From the IMG/VR virus record IMGVR_UViG_3300042434_002493, positions 16,436 to 80,435 of that record: a DNA stretch of 64,000 bases; one strand, 5' to 3'. The first letter of the stretch is position 1. Each line of letters starts with the position of its first letter. This document shows, piece by piece, positions 47,401-55,133 of this stretch. This DNA is from a virus. The position numbers and the translations under genes were made by a program. The notes under the pieces were generated by a model that did no database searches, was not told the origin of the DNA, and saw only the letters and a program-made list of their open reading frames with translations.

Positions 47401-48239
47401 GCCGCGCCGGCCGCGACGTCGAGGCTTTCCGCGTGGCCATCGAGGACGTCACGCCGGGCGCCCCGCCGGAAGCCCCGAAGCTCCTTTCCGCCGTCGTCCG
47501 GGCGCTGGGGTGGCATGAGCACGCCAACACCCCGGTCATGGGCGACGACGAGCTGGCCGCCACCGCCGAGTGGCCGGCCGACGTCATCGTGGTCATGCGC
47601 GACGGCGCCGTGGTCGAACTGCCCGGAGGGTGGGTCTACCAGAGCGCCCCCTGTATCGAGTTCGCCGCGCGCCGCATCCTGGCCCGCCTTCCCCGGGCGC
47701 GCTTCGACGCGGACCCCAAGCACGACCGCTGGCAACGTCACCTCGCCATCGCCATCGCGCGCCTGATCTGCCGCCTACAGGGCGACGTGCTGACGCCCGC
47801 CGTGGCCGACACCTACCGGGCGACCGCCACCGGCGAGGCCCTCGACGAATGGGGCCGCTCCTACGCCCTGGTGCGCCCCTACGTCACCATGCCCGACGGC
47901 GACTGTCGCGACTTCTTCGCCGAGGCCGTGCTCGCCCAGCCGACCCCCCAGCGGTGCCGCCGCATCCTCGAAGCGATCCTCGGGGGCGTCGTGACCATCG
48001 TCGAGGGCTACCGCGAGTTCACCGCGTACTGGGAGCCCCCGGTCAACCCGGAGGCGACCGAGGTCAGAAGCAATTTCTGGGGCGCCATCGGCGAGGCAGA
48101 GCCGTTGCAGACCGCGTTCTACAACCGCGACTTCTACGGCGGCGTGGACGCCCGCGTCGTGGTCGCCCGCGAGGCGCTCGAACTGTTCCGCCCGGCCGGC
48201 GTGCGCGCCAACATCAGGATCGGAGAGCCACCCGCATGA
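44436..48239 (+). CDS. Large baseplate wedge protein (gpI-like C-terminus) with N-terminal beta-rich receptor-binding-like and IPT/TIG-like domains (1267 aa)
   Basis: TAATG coupling; TATGEALDEWG and FRPAGV at the C-terminus; PSGP..GG..V.L.G...GGWVY TIG-like unit at ~47315-47640. Confidence 0.7.
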   Translation: MPRWRRYRRSDQVNDFARDLPFNGRARIPYPPVEADADFVTPDGVEGWHGYGADGWYRADGRKVEAEVSEEFFDDSWPFNTSKWTITTPSNWLTAYGTGLAATTGGLSASTWQSRAKRWDLRGDFFLRLVIRAPSMRNGSLDATEGADNAVWLGVTPRSDSGGFVRVKQYFGKVDKGFAVEVDGDAFSGDTQIDGDFPPIVWLELQRSNGQISARYRDATPGQPPGDPVALFGPVALPGIVEVDFGARNASSSGPWGCIFNAFRVFHGSHTYSPVASWRRETTHGSVLDLFPGDQLDPDLYTVETTGTATAAPIPGVDAAPGAGLRMHCAGGTATVETRPIHGDMAAQIEVTLAAETLSANNSGVAIGLHAYVPIADATLRVEVRTGDTGVLTARIDYAGAEDPEAEAEIDVDADIALILRIERQATLTFCAIYGRNGREIVSARVTDLPTLPTHLRFHQAQQSASDPVTAHVRRFHVTSPWALRMEAWPATTYATAANAHPYELSVLTQASDVTLIDPETRATAWAIYACNEAGEAIEDAERPAMQPGQIGRPYFDPREVALWLPVTEPGSTTTGAFVEVNLREDLIRSHTHDGVEEFVGRVGRRHWGLGYTAGTTTVPRPPEGAPVTFHRLTTARGDLLLWATKTGGVSAWQYLAGDWREAGVAVDATDDDPDLTLPFEVGDVRVYSESPNAGIVVSALAFGVERVICVYRDLEMLIDGGLVLAPANRHAHASYGGADPDARWASREAAGRSGPAPHARLNGDAADGGAPLLDVIVPPAHALPDGDGLPLIATVRPLAVTLIQDSEVPADAPVASWGTPDAPEPVAHALVRAPTSAALSPRADIETRAGYLAVGERLSEGFGYLTTISLAQGNVRQRLTPAGIDPSMASTGSAVSGLVSLGAPPDTLAGWRIAAGFSRFIQTRPGSGIGIGGGVVIVLKPTLVLEYDVYAVNAPDGETYPPSGPHIGGDRVGLVGYDWTGEERVYTRRAGRDVEAFRVAIEDVTPGAPPEAPKLLSAVVRALGWHEHANTPVMGDDELAATAEWPADVIVVMRDGAVVELPGGWVYQSAPCIEFAARRILARLPRARFDADPKHDRWQRHLAIAIARLICRLQGDVLTPAVADTYRATATGEALDEWGRSYALVRPYVTMPDGDCRDFFAEAVLAQPTPQRCRRILEAILGGVVTIVEGYREFTAYWEPPVNPEATEVRSNFWGAIGEAEPLQTAFYNRDFYGGVDARVVVAREALELFRPAGVRANIRIGEPPA

Positions 48240-49717
48240 GCTTCCCCCAGGTCTTCGACAACGAGCGGGTCATCCCGCAGGACTTCCGCGCCCAGACCGA
48301 CGCCATCGAGGACGCGGTCGGCACCGTCATCAGCCGCCTGATCTCGACCGCGCAGTCGGGAAAGGGCATCGTGGTCGAGGGGTGCAGGCCGTCGGCGAGC
48401 TTCGACGCGGCCGATCCGCGGCGTGTGCGCATCGAGCCCGGTTACATCCTCATGCCGCCATCGGCCGGGGACGCCGGCCCGTGGCGCCTCGCCTACATCC
48501 CGGCCATCACCTACCTGCACCCCGACGCCGGCCCGACGCCTCGCACGGACTGCATCTGCGTGGCCATGTCGCGCGTGGACGGCCCGACATTCGAGCGGGA
48601 GTACCGCGTGGTGGACGCGGCGGGCGTCGAGTCGGTGGACCCGAGCGTGCAGACCGCGACGACCTACACCGCCGAGGGCGCTCCTTTGCTGGTGAAGTCC
48701 GCCGGGAACGTGCCCGCCGTCGGGACCGTCCGCCTGGGGACCGTGACCGTCAACGCCAACGGGACCATCACCGTCGTCGATCTCCGCGAGCACGCTTTCC
48801 CCGTGCCGACCTACGGCAACCCGGCGACGCCGTGGGATACGAACGTGGCCACGGTCAACGAGGGGGGGCGATTCTGGCGCACGGCCGGGCAGGCCGTCGC
48901 CGCGTTATCCGGGGCCCTGAAGCAGGTCGCGACCCGCGCAGGGGAGTTGCAGCGCACGCTCACCACGGCCGACGGGGGGCCATCGTTGAGCCTCACGAAC
49001 CAGGGCCTCGACTTCATCTTGGGCCTGGGTCTTCGGCACCTCATGGCGCGCGCCGTGACGGCCACGGGCGAACCCGGCTCCGGGGACGTCACTTCCCAGA
49101 ACGGCGACGTCAAGGCGCCGCTGGGCCGGGCCATCGCCCAACAGTTCCGGTTTATCGAGGTGGCCGACAGCTTCCTCGTTGACCCGACCGGCCGCACCAT
49201 GACGCCCGCCAACACCCAGCGCGCGACCGTGCAGGTGGACCTCAACGTGGACAACGACGACGCCTACGTGGACGGGTCCGCGCGCTGGGTTGGGCAGAAC
49301 ATCGAGAGCGTCCAGCGTATCGAGCCGGGCCACTGGCGGATTGTCTTCGACATGAACCAGATGCCCGACAACCTCAACAACCGCCGGTGGCGCATCGCCG
49401 TGCACGCCAACCGGGCCGTGGGCGCAGCGAACAGCTACCCGACCGGCCTGGAGAGCGCCGGGATCATCCACCAGATCGGGAAGGGGCCGTCGGACGACAG
49501 CATCGACGTCTGGTTCTTCGCCGTTCGCTTCCTGGATACGCTCGCAGTCGTGACCGACGTGGACGCGGAGTTGGTGGCGGGGGTCGTCGAGGTCACCACG
49601 ACGACCGAGAACTTGAACCCGCTGCACATGCAGTCGTGGGATTGCCCGTTCAGCGTCCATTTGTACGGTCCCCTGCCGTCCGGCAATGGGGCGTGGGCGC
49701 CGGTCGAGGGCGCCTGA
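48236..49717 (+). CDS. Tail fibre / fibre-attachment protein (493 aa)
   Basis: ATGA coupling; VVEGC, VRIEPG, PRTDCI N-terminal attachment-type motifs; NIESVQRIEPGHWRIVF tip-like domain; last gene of the operon. Confidence 0.65.
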   Translation: MSFPQVFDNERVIPQDFRAQTDAIEDAVGTVISRLISTAQSGKGIVVEGCRPSASFDAADPRRVRIEPGYILMPPSAGDAGPWRLAYIPAITYLHPDAGPTPRTDCICVAMSRVDGPTFEREYRVVDAAGVESVDPSVQTATTYTAEGAPLLVKSAGNVPAVGTVRLGTVTVNANGTITVVDLREHAFPVPTYGNPATPWDTNVATVNEGGRFWRTAGQAVAALSGALKQVATRAGELQRTLTTADGGPSLSLTNQGLDFILGLGLRHLMARAVTATGEPGSGDVTSQNGDVKAPLGRAIAQQFRFIEVADSFLVDPTGRTMTPANTQRATVQVDLNVDNDDAYVDGSARWVGQNIESVQRIEPGHWRIVFDMNQMPDNLNNRRWRIAVHANRAVGAANSYPTGLESAGIIHQIGKGPSDDSIDVWFFAVRFLDTLAVVTDVDAELVAGVVEVTTTTENLNPLHMQSWDCPFSVHLYGPLPSGNGAWAPVEGA

Positions 49718-49742
49718 CGCCGTTGACCAGGGGGCCCCGCCC

Positions 49743-49830
49743 TGCCACGATGGCATCACCTCCTCGGAGGTGTCGGCACGTTCCCCAGGCCCGACGTTGA
49801 ATGGTCCTCGCGTCGGGCCTGGGGGGCAAC
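49743..49830. terminator. Hairpin cluster between convergent transcription units (candidate terminator or structured RNA)
   Basis: Perfect 14-bp stem CCCCAGGCCCGACG (49783-49796) / CGTCGGGCCTGGGG (49811-49824); also CACCTC-CTCG-GAGGTG (49757-49772) and TGCC-ACGAT-GGCA. No U-tract. Confidence 0.55.
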
Positions 49831-49877
49831 TTCGCGATCCCACAGCCAATCAGCCAAGCGGTCGAAGTCAACAGTTC

Positions 49878-50183
49878 TCAACATCCGCCTACTCCGAACC
49901 CCGCACCGGGGCGCGGAAACCGCCACCCGCAGGGGACGCAGACGTTAGTACAGATGGGGAGCGGGAAGAAGACCTCCCCCCAGCACATGCGCGCCGTCGC
50001 TCGACCGTAGCTCCAGCCGTCCCCGTGCGGGTAGACGCCCAGGTCGCGAGGCCGCTTCCTGGCCGCGTTCGAGCGCCGCCGCAAGTAGTCGGTCAGCGCC
50101 GCATCGAGCGACCAGTGCGCCGCCCAGATGGGCGAGCCCATGATTCGAGGCGAGCGGTAGCGCCAGGACGTCATGAAGGTCAT
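49878..50183 (-). CDS. Hypothetical protein
   Basis: ATGA overlap with the upstream minus-strand gene; an alternative frame (49945-50190) also exists. Confidence 0.4.
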   Translation of the reverse strand: MTFMTSWRYRSPRIMGSPIWAAHWSLDAALTDYLRRRSNAARKRPRDLGVYPHGDGWSYGRATARMCWGEVFFPLPICTNVCVPCGWRFPRPGAGFGVGGC

Positions 50184-50602
50184 GGGCCACCGCGTCGAAG
50201 CCAACTCGGGGCGACGCCCACGACCACGCGCCGACTTGGCGAGAGCCGCCCCCAGCGCAGCCCAGGCCCGCGCAGGGTCATCCGCGGGTCTGGCGCGTCC
50301 CGCCGCACGGTCACAGCAGCTCGCAGCACATCGGGCCCGTGCTCCGCTCCCAGGCGGTCCAGCAGGCGAAGGTAGGCCGCAGCCACGAGGAGATCGCCAT
50401 CGCCGCCGCTGGGCAGGCGGTCAGCGTCGGCGATCTCCATGTGCAGGGGATCAGCTTCGGCGCAGCCGCTCGCGAGGTGCCACCGCAGGACCACCCACGG
50501 CCCCCGGCCCGGCTCGCTCAGGTTGAGCGTGAAGGTCGCGGCCGAGTCGTGCGGGTCCACGGGCGCAGCGCAGAAGCAGCATACAGGTGGCGGGTGTCTC
50601 AC
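50180..50602 (-). CDS. Hypothetical protein (N-terminal CxxC)
   Basis: Translational coupling at both ends. Confidence 0.6.
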   Translation of the reverse strand: MRHPPPVCCFCAAPVDPHDSAATFTLNLSEPGRGPWVVLRWHLASGCAEADPLHMEIADADRLPSGGDGDLLVAAAYLRLLDRLGAEHGPDVLRAAVTVRRDAPDPRMTLRGPGLRWGRLSPSRRVVVGVAPSWLRRGGP

Positions 50603-50877
50603 CGGCTCACTCCCCTTCGCCCTTCGACGCGCCGCACCGCCAGCGCGACGCGGCGACGTTCATGCGAGCCCAGGCGCCGAGGCCCCTGGATCGTCCCGTC
50701 GTCGAACACGACGACCTCGACCCGCAGGGCCGGGTCGCCCGGCGGGCGCTCCGCCCGAAGGTGGTAGGCGGTCCCGCCGGAGAAGCGGACACCCCGGCCG
50801 CCGAGGATCGCTCGCGGCGCCCCGAAGGTGCGGCGCAGCCAGGCCGAGGCCAACATGACCACTTCCGCAGGGACCAT
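50599..50877 (-). CDS. Hypothetical protein
   Basis: TGATG coupling within the minus-strand chain. Confidence 0.55.
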   Translation of the reverse strand: MVPAEVVMLASAWLRRTFGAPRAILGGRGVRFSGGTAYHLRAERPPGDPALRVEVVVFDDGTIQGPRRLGSHERRRVALAVRRVEGRRGVSR

Positions 50878-51290
50878 CAGGCGCCCTCATGCGTCGCGTC
50901 GCCCTCGGGGGCGACCACGTTCAAGGTCACGAACGTGGTCGTGAACAGCAGCGCAGTCGCCATGCCCGAGAAAACCGCGAGGATCTCATCCTCCGAGCAC
51001 GTCTTCCGCAGTTCCGCCGCAGCTCCGGCCGGAGCCGAGAACAGGCGAGTCTCGCCGGCCCGGAAGAAGATGTTGCCATCCAGGCCGATCACCGCCAACT
51101 CGTGCCCAGCCTCCAGAGCCGCAGCAGCGAAGGGCTGCACCTGGCCGGCGGTGCCGTTCACCACCACGGCCCACCGTTCCCCCAGTCGGCAGACCGCTTC
51201 GACGCCGACCTCCAGCTCGACAGCGGCCTTCTCCGCGTCTTCCTTCGAGGCGACGACGAATCCGACGCGGTATCTCGGTTCCTTGCTCAC
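50877..51290 (-). CDS. Hypothetical protein
   Basis: GTGA coupling; plausible codon usage. Confidence 0.6.
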   Translation of the reverse strand: MSKEPRYRVGFVVASKEDAEKAAVELEVGVEAVCRLGERWAVVVNGTAGQVQPFAAAALEAGHELAVIGLDGNIFFRAGETRLFSAPAGAAAELRKTCSEDEILAVFSGMATALLFTTTFVTLNVVAPEGDATHEGA

Positions 51291-51580
51291 GGTTTTGCCT
51301 TCCAGGCTGCACGAACAGCCGCAGCGATTTCGACGAGGCGGGCCCGGCGCTCATGCACGAGAGCCCCGCCGCCAATTCCACGCCGGCCGAACAGCCGGAT
51401 TGTCATGTAAATGTGGTCGCTCGACCGATTGACCGCAACGCGCCACCCTTCAGCGGCCAGCCGCGCGACGTTCGCCACCATCACCCGCTCCGCTGCGTCC
51501 AGCTCCGCCGCGGACGACGCGTACACCTCCACAGAGCCGGACGACTTACGGTTGTCCCCGACGGCCGCGCTTCGCTTCAC
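51287..51580 (-). CDS. Hypothetical protein
   Basis: GTG at 51580 overlaps the stop of the upstream gene and has a GGAGG RBS. Confidence 0.55.
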   Translation of the reverse strand: MKRSAAVGDNRKSSGSVEVYASSAAELDAAERVMVANVARLAAEGWRVAVNRSSDHIYMTIRLFGRRGIGGGALVHERRARLVEIAAAVRAAWKAKP

Positions 51581-52374
51581 GGAACCTCCACAGCAGCAGG
51601 CGGCCCGGGGAATACCCGAGCGTTGCAGTTGCACGGGCCTGCATCCGAGAACGCCCGGCCGGATGGGCGCTGCCACGCTTTGCAGCTCAGGGAGTGGTCA
51701 CGGTTTTTCACAGCGACGTAGAGCTGCGCCGGTGCGGTGTCCGGCCGGAAGAGGTGCCCGCCGACCGCCCAGAAGTAGCGTTCGGATTCGTCGTGGTAGC
51801 CTTTCGGGTCGAAGGCGATCCCGGCAAGGTAGCAGGCGTCGTCCGCGTCGCGATCCTCTGGGTCGCCGATTTCCAGTTCCGTGCGGCTCAACAACACTTC
51901 GAGGTCCTCGCGGTCAAGTTGACGCACCGCCTCGAATGCGTCGCCCTCGGACTCCGCGAGGATGAGCAGGTGTTGGACGCGCTTGACCTCGACCACGAAG
52001 GGCCGCGCCGGCTTTGCCGCCCGCACCGCGAGCGCAGCGCGCATGATGGGTTGCCAGAGCGCACCGAAACGCTCCCGGTGCGCCGCCCGATCCTCTGCGG
52101 TGCCAGACGACGGGAAGGGCTCCAGGACTGGCACCCGTTCGGCCAGCAGGCGGGCCGCCTCGACCGCGACCTCGCGACAGGCGCGCCAGCCCATCCACCC
52201 GTCATACGCCAGGCTGTAGATGCTCCAGGCCGCATCGCGCGCGCCCGGTTCGTCTCGCCCGTGCTGCGCGGCGACCCAGTCGCCGAAGCGCACCGACTCC
52301 TGGATCTCGACGTACTCCGCCGGCTCGCGGCCGGGATTCGTGCGGGCCTTCAGCGGGCCGATGATGCCATCCAT
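51577..52374 (-). CDS. Hypothetical protein
   Basis: 265-aa ORF in the coupled chain. Confidence 0.65.
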   Translation of the reverse strand: MDGIIGPLKARTNPGREPAEYVEIQESVRFGDWVAAQHGRDEPGARDAAWSIYSLAYDGWMGWRACREVAVEAARLLAERVPVLEPFPSSGTAEDRAAHRERFGALWQPIMRAALAVRAAKPARPFVVEVKRVQHLLILAESEGDAFEAVRQLDREDLEVLLSRTELEIGDPEDRDADDACYLAGIAFDPKGYHDESERYFWAVGGHLFRPDTAPAQLYVAVKNRDHSLSCKAWQRPSGRAFSDAGPCNCNARVFPGPPAAVEVP

Positions 52375-52375
52375 T

Positions 52376-52789
52376 TCACACCCTTTCAGTGACTAGGGCG
52401 GACCATCCGCCAATGCGAGCTATGTCATCCGACAACCACGTCAGATCACACTCGTTGCGTTGCACGCGGACCTCGAAGAACCCTTCGAGGCGCGGTTCGA
52501 CCAAAGGAATCAGGCGAGCGTAGAAAGCGCGGTAATCGTTGTTGAGCCTGAAGTCATCACCAGTGGTGCGCAGAGACGACCAGCGCAACACCTCGAATGC
52601 GCCGTTGATCGACCATCCTTTGCGTCCGCGCTTGAACACATCCAGGCACAATCGAATCAGGCTGACGAGTACATGGGGATTAGCCTGGTGGAATGCCGCG
52701 AAGCGTTCCCCAGGCGTACCACCACGCTCATCCGGTTCAGTGAGCGGCGAGAAGATGAGGTCGAGCTGATCGTCATGGCAGTCGCTCAT
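52376..52789 (-). CDS. Conserved phage protein (FxxFHxxNPxV / FRLNNDY..YAR family)
   Basis: Motif pattern recalled from other phages; ATGA coupling to the MTase gene; visibly lower GC. Confidence 0.7.
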   Translation of the reverse strand: MSDCHDDQLDLIFSPLTEPDERGGTPGERFAAFHQANPHVLVSLIRLCLDVFKRGRKGWSINGAFEVLRWSSLRTTGDDFRLNNDYRAFYARLIPLVEPRLEGFFEVRVQRNECDLTWLSDDIARIGGWSALVTERV

Positions 52790-53703
52790 GGTTTGCGCTC
52801 CCAAGGCTTAGCCATCACTCTATCCAGCCAATCGCGGGCCTCACTCCAGTGACCCCCATCGAGGAGGTCGAGCTGCGAGGCGTTGCGCGCCGCCCGAGCC
52901 GCCGCCACGAGGTCAATGTCAGAGCCGCCGGGCACCTCGTTGCCCCAGGCGTGCCAGCCCTTCGCCCGCTGGCGCGCGAACAGCTCGATTCGAGGGCGGT
53001 CGCCGAGGAGCTGGACGATTCGGTCTCGGACCTCGCCCGGCTTCTCAGAGTGCCGCCCAGGTGGCGCGAGCACGACCTGGTGGACTCCCCCGGACTCCCG
53101 CCCGAGCTTGCCCCTGACGCCGATGAGGCAGACCTCCGTGTTTGTCCGCGTGGACTGGCCCATGCCCCAGAAGAGGCCGCCCAGGTCGCCGCGGTCGAAG
53201 CCGGCCATCACCTGACGAGTGACGCCGATGGAGCGCACCTTGCGCAGGTTGGCGAGGACCTCTTCGAGGCCCGCGAAGTCGTACTTCTCTGCCAGGGCGG
53301 AGTAGTTGCGCAGGCAGTAGCGCACGCCCCGGAGAATGCCCTTTTCCAGGCGACCCCGGGCCGAGGACACCGGCACCAGCGCCGAGGCGACCCCGCGCTG
53401 AATCGTCCGCCGAGCCTCTTCCTGCGCCGAGCGCGGCGCCGTCTTGACCCACACGAACGCGCAGGTGCGGTACGAGAAGCCCCAGGCCCGCATCACCTCG
53501 AAGGCGTCGGGCAGCGTCGGCCAGGTCGCCCAGAGGAACAGCGCGCAGTCGTCCGCCACGAGGTCGGCCACCGGCAGCGCGGCAATCTCCGAGACCGGCA
53601 TCGTGGGGTACTTGAACGCGGCGCCCCGTTGGCCGGCGACCGCTTTGTCATCGTACTGCCAGGGCGGGTCCGCCAGCACGACGCTGTATCTCAGGGCCTC
53701 CAT
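52786..53703 (-). CDS. MT-A70-family N6-adenine methyltransferase (305 aa)
   Basis: GGAGG RBS; VLADPPW, LFLWAT, WGFSY..FVWVK, GMG..TR.NTE, HSEKP, IELFAR. Confidence 0.9.
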   Translation of the reverse strand: MEALRYSVVLADPPWQYDDKAVAGQRGAAFKYPTMPVSEIAALPVADLVADDCALFLWATWPTLPDAFEVMRAWGFSYRTCAFVWVKTAPRSAQEEARRTIQRGVASALVPVSSARGRLEKGILRGVRYCLRNYSALAEKYDFAGLEEVLANLRKVRSIGVTRQVMAGFDRGDLGGLFWGMGQSTRTNTEVCLIGVRGKLGRESGGVHQVVLAPPGRHSEKPGEVRDRIVQLLGDRPRIELFARQRAKGWHAWGNEVPGGSDIDLVAAARAARNASQLDLLDGGHWSEARDWLDRVMAKPWERKP

Positions 53704-53740
53704 GTATCCTCCGATGTGCTCTGCGCCTGTTTTCTTTCGC

Positions 53741-53775
53741 ATCATGCACACGGTTCGATGCGGTGTCAATCGAAC
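53741..53775 (-). promoter_or_regulatory. Leftward sigma70 promoter overlapped by a candidate operator
   Basis: Minus strand: TTGACA (53769-53764), 17 nt, CATGAT (53746-53741). Inverted repeat GTTCGAT-N9-ATCGAAC (53753-53775) spans the -35 box. Confidence 0.65.
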
Positions 53776-53853
53776 GGGCGCGAGAAGGTGCGGTTTTCGC
53801 GCTTCCAGTGGCATCATGCCCACCGCCACACCATCCATGAGGAGAAGCCCCTC

Positions 53854-54153
53854 GTGCCCATCATCGCCCCGCTCACACCAGGCGACACCATCGAAGCGGT
53901 CATCGACACCCAGGGCGCCCAGGCCGGCACGCGCGCCGTCGTCATGGCCGTCGGATGGATGCCGCTCGACCACGGCTGGCAGGTCCGCCGCGTGGTCGCC
54001 CGCATCGTGACGCCGCCCCGCCGCGGTGGAACGCTCGCCGCCGACATCGAGCGGGGCGCGTGGCGAGGCGTGCCGCGTCACGCAGGCCCGGCAGAGATCG
54101 TGCCGAGCTTCCTGTCGATGGCCGAGCCCGATGGCCAGCGGGAGGCAGCATGA
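53854..54153 (+). CDS. Hypothetical protein
   Basis: GAGGAG RBS with GTG start; coupled to the HTH gene. Confidence 0.55.
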   Translation: MPIIAPLTPGDTIEAVIDTQGAQAGTRAVVMAVGWMPLDHGWQVRRVVARIVTPPRRGGTLAADIERGAWRGVPRHAGPAEIVPSFLSMAEPDGQREAA

Positions 54154-54458
54154 AGTCCGGCCGCCGCATGCTCGACTCGATTCGACTCATCGACGCCAGC
54201 GCCTCGACCGCCACTGGCCGAGACCTTCGCCAGTGGCGCCTGGAGATGGGGCTCGACCAGCGCAGCCTCGCAAAGACCCTTGGGGTCAGCCAGTCCACGG
54301 TCTCGCGCGCCGAGGCCCACAACAAGCGGGAGGAGTGGTACGCCCGGATGGTCTGGTTGCTCTGGTACGGGCTGGAACAACAGCAGCTCATCGCCAACCT
54401 GCGCCTCGCCCTCGGGGAGCAGATGGCCGCCCGCAGGAGCCCCGCGCCCCACGATTAG
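54150..54458 (+). CDS. XRE/Cro-family helix-turn-helix regulator
   Basis: LRQWR..GLDQRSLAKTLGVSQSTVSRAE. Confidence 0.85.
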   Translation: MKSGRRMLDSIRLIDASASTATGRDLRQWRLEMGLDQRSLAKTLGVSQSTVSRAEAHNKREEWYARMVWLLWYGLEQQQLIANLRLALGEQMAARRSPAPHD

Positions 54459-54469
54459 CGGCGCGCGTG

Positions 54470-54517
54470 TTTTTTTGTGCGTAGCGGCTTGACGCGGGCG
54501 CTTTGCGGCACTAGATT
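54470..54517 (+). promoter_or_regulatory. Sigma70 early promoter, copy 1 of a 48-bp cassette
   Basis: T7 tract, TTGACG (54489-54494), 17 nt, TAGATT (54512-54517). Confidence 0.75.
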
Positions 54518-54543
54518 GGGTCATGAAAAGAAAGGAGCCGAAC

Positions 54544-54828
54544 GTGACCCAGCCCAACCCCAGCCTCGAAGCCGCTCAGGCCAACTGCTCCGCCGCGCTC
54601 GACGCCGCGTGGGCGCTTCCCCCGGCCGAACGCGCCCTCGCCCTCGCCCCCGCCGTTGCCGCCTTGCAGCGCGAAACCGACCGGCTGGCGCCGGAGGATC
54701 TCGAATGGGAGATCCTTGCCCTGGTGGGAGCGCGGGCGACGCTCGCCTACTTCGAGACTCTCCCCGCCCGTGGGCGCGGACTGCGCGCCCACGCCCGTGA
54801 ACTTCCCCGAAAGGAGGCTTTCCGATGA
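54544..54828 (+). CDS. Hypothetical protein (alternative start ATG 54523)
   Basis: AAGGAG RBS with GTG start, downstream of the promoter. Confidence 0.65.
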   Translation: MTQPNPSLEAAQANCSAALDAAWALPPAERALALAPAVAALQRETDRLAPEDLEWEILALVGARATLAYFETLPARGRGLRAHARELPRKEAFR

Positions 54829-55043
54829 ACAACAAGCCCGAACCCAGCCCCCTCGGTTACTTCGCCGACGCCGTCATCGCGTACATCGAGAGCATCGAGC
54901 TGGCCACGGCAGACGTGGTGACGGAACTCGAAGCGACAGAGACGCCCGAGGCCACTGTCGCCATCCGCGACCGCTTCTTCGACGCCATCAGACTGGCCGA
55001 CATCGCGCTGTCCGAGGCGCTCGCCGCCCCCAAGGTCTCCTGA
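54825..55043 (+). CDS. Small acidic hypothetical protein
   Basis: AAGGAGG RBS; ATGA coupling. Confidence 0.65.
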   Translation: MNNKPEPSPLGYFADAVIAYIESIELATADVVTELEATETPEATVAIRDRFFDAIRLADIALSEALAAPKVS

Positions 55044-55058
55044 TTGTCGTCCCGCCCA

Positions 55059-55106
55059 TTTTTTTGTGCGCAGCGCCTTGACGCATGGCCTTTGCGTCAC
55101 TACATT
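55059..55106 (+). promoter_or_regulatory. Sigma70 early promoter, copy 2, with a palindromic operator
   Basis: T7 tract, TTGACG (55078-55083), 17 nt, TACATT (55101-55106). Palindrome TGACGCA-N7-TGCGTCA at 55079-55099. Confidence 0.8.
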
Positions 55107-55133
55107 AAGGGCGTGACCACCAAGGAGCAGAAC

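Noticed and set aside
44436-49717. Diversity-generating retroelement or invertible tail-fibre cassette
   Set aside because: No reverse transcriptase, template/variable repeat pair, invertase or flanking inverted repeats seen.
31417-49717. Stand-alone contractile injection system or tailocin
   Set aside because: Capsid, protease, neck and replication genes are present, so this is a phage.
52849-53853. 434-aa plus-strand ORF starting at 52849
   Set aside because: Antisense to the MT-A70 gene; only the part from GTG 53854 has an RBS.
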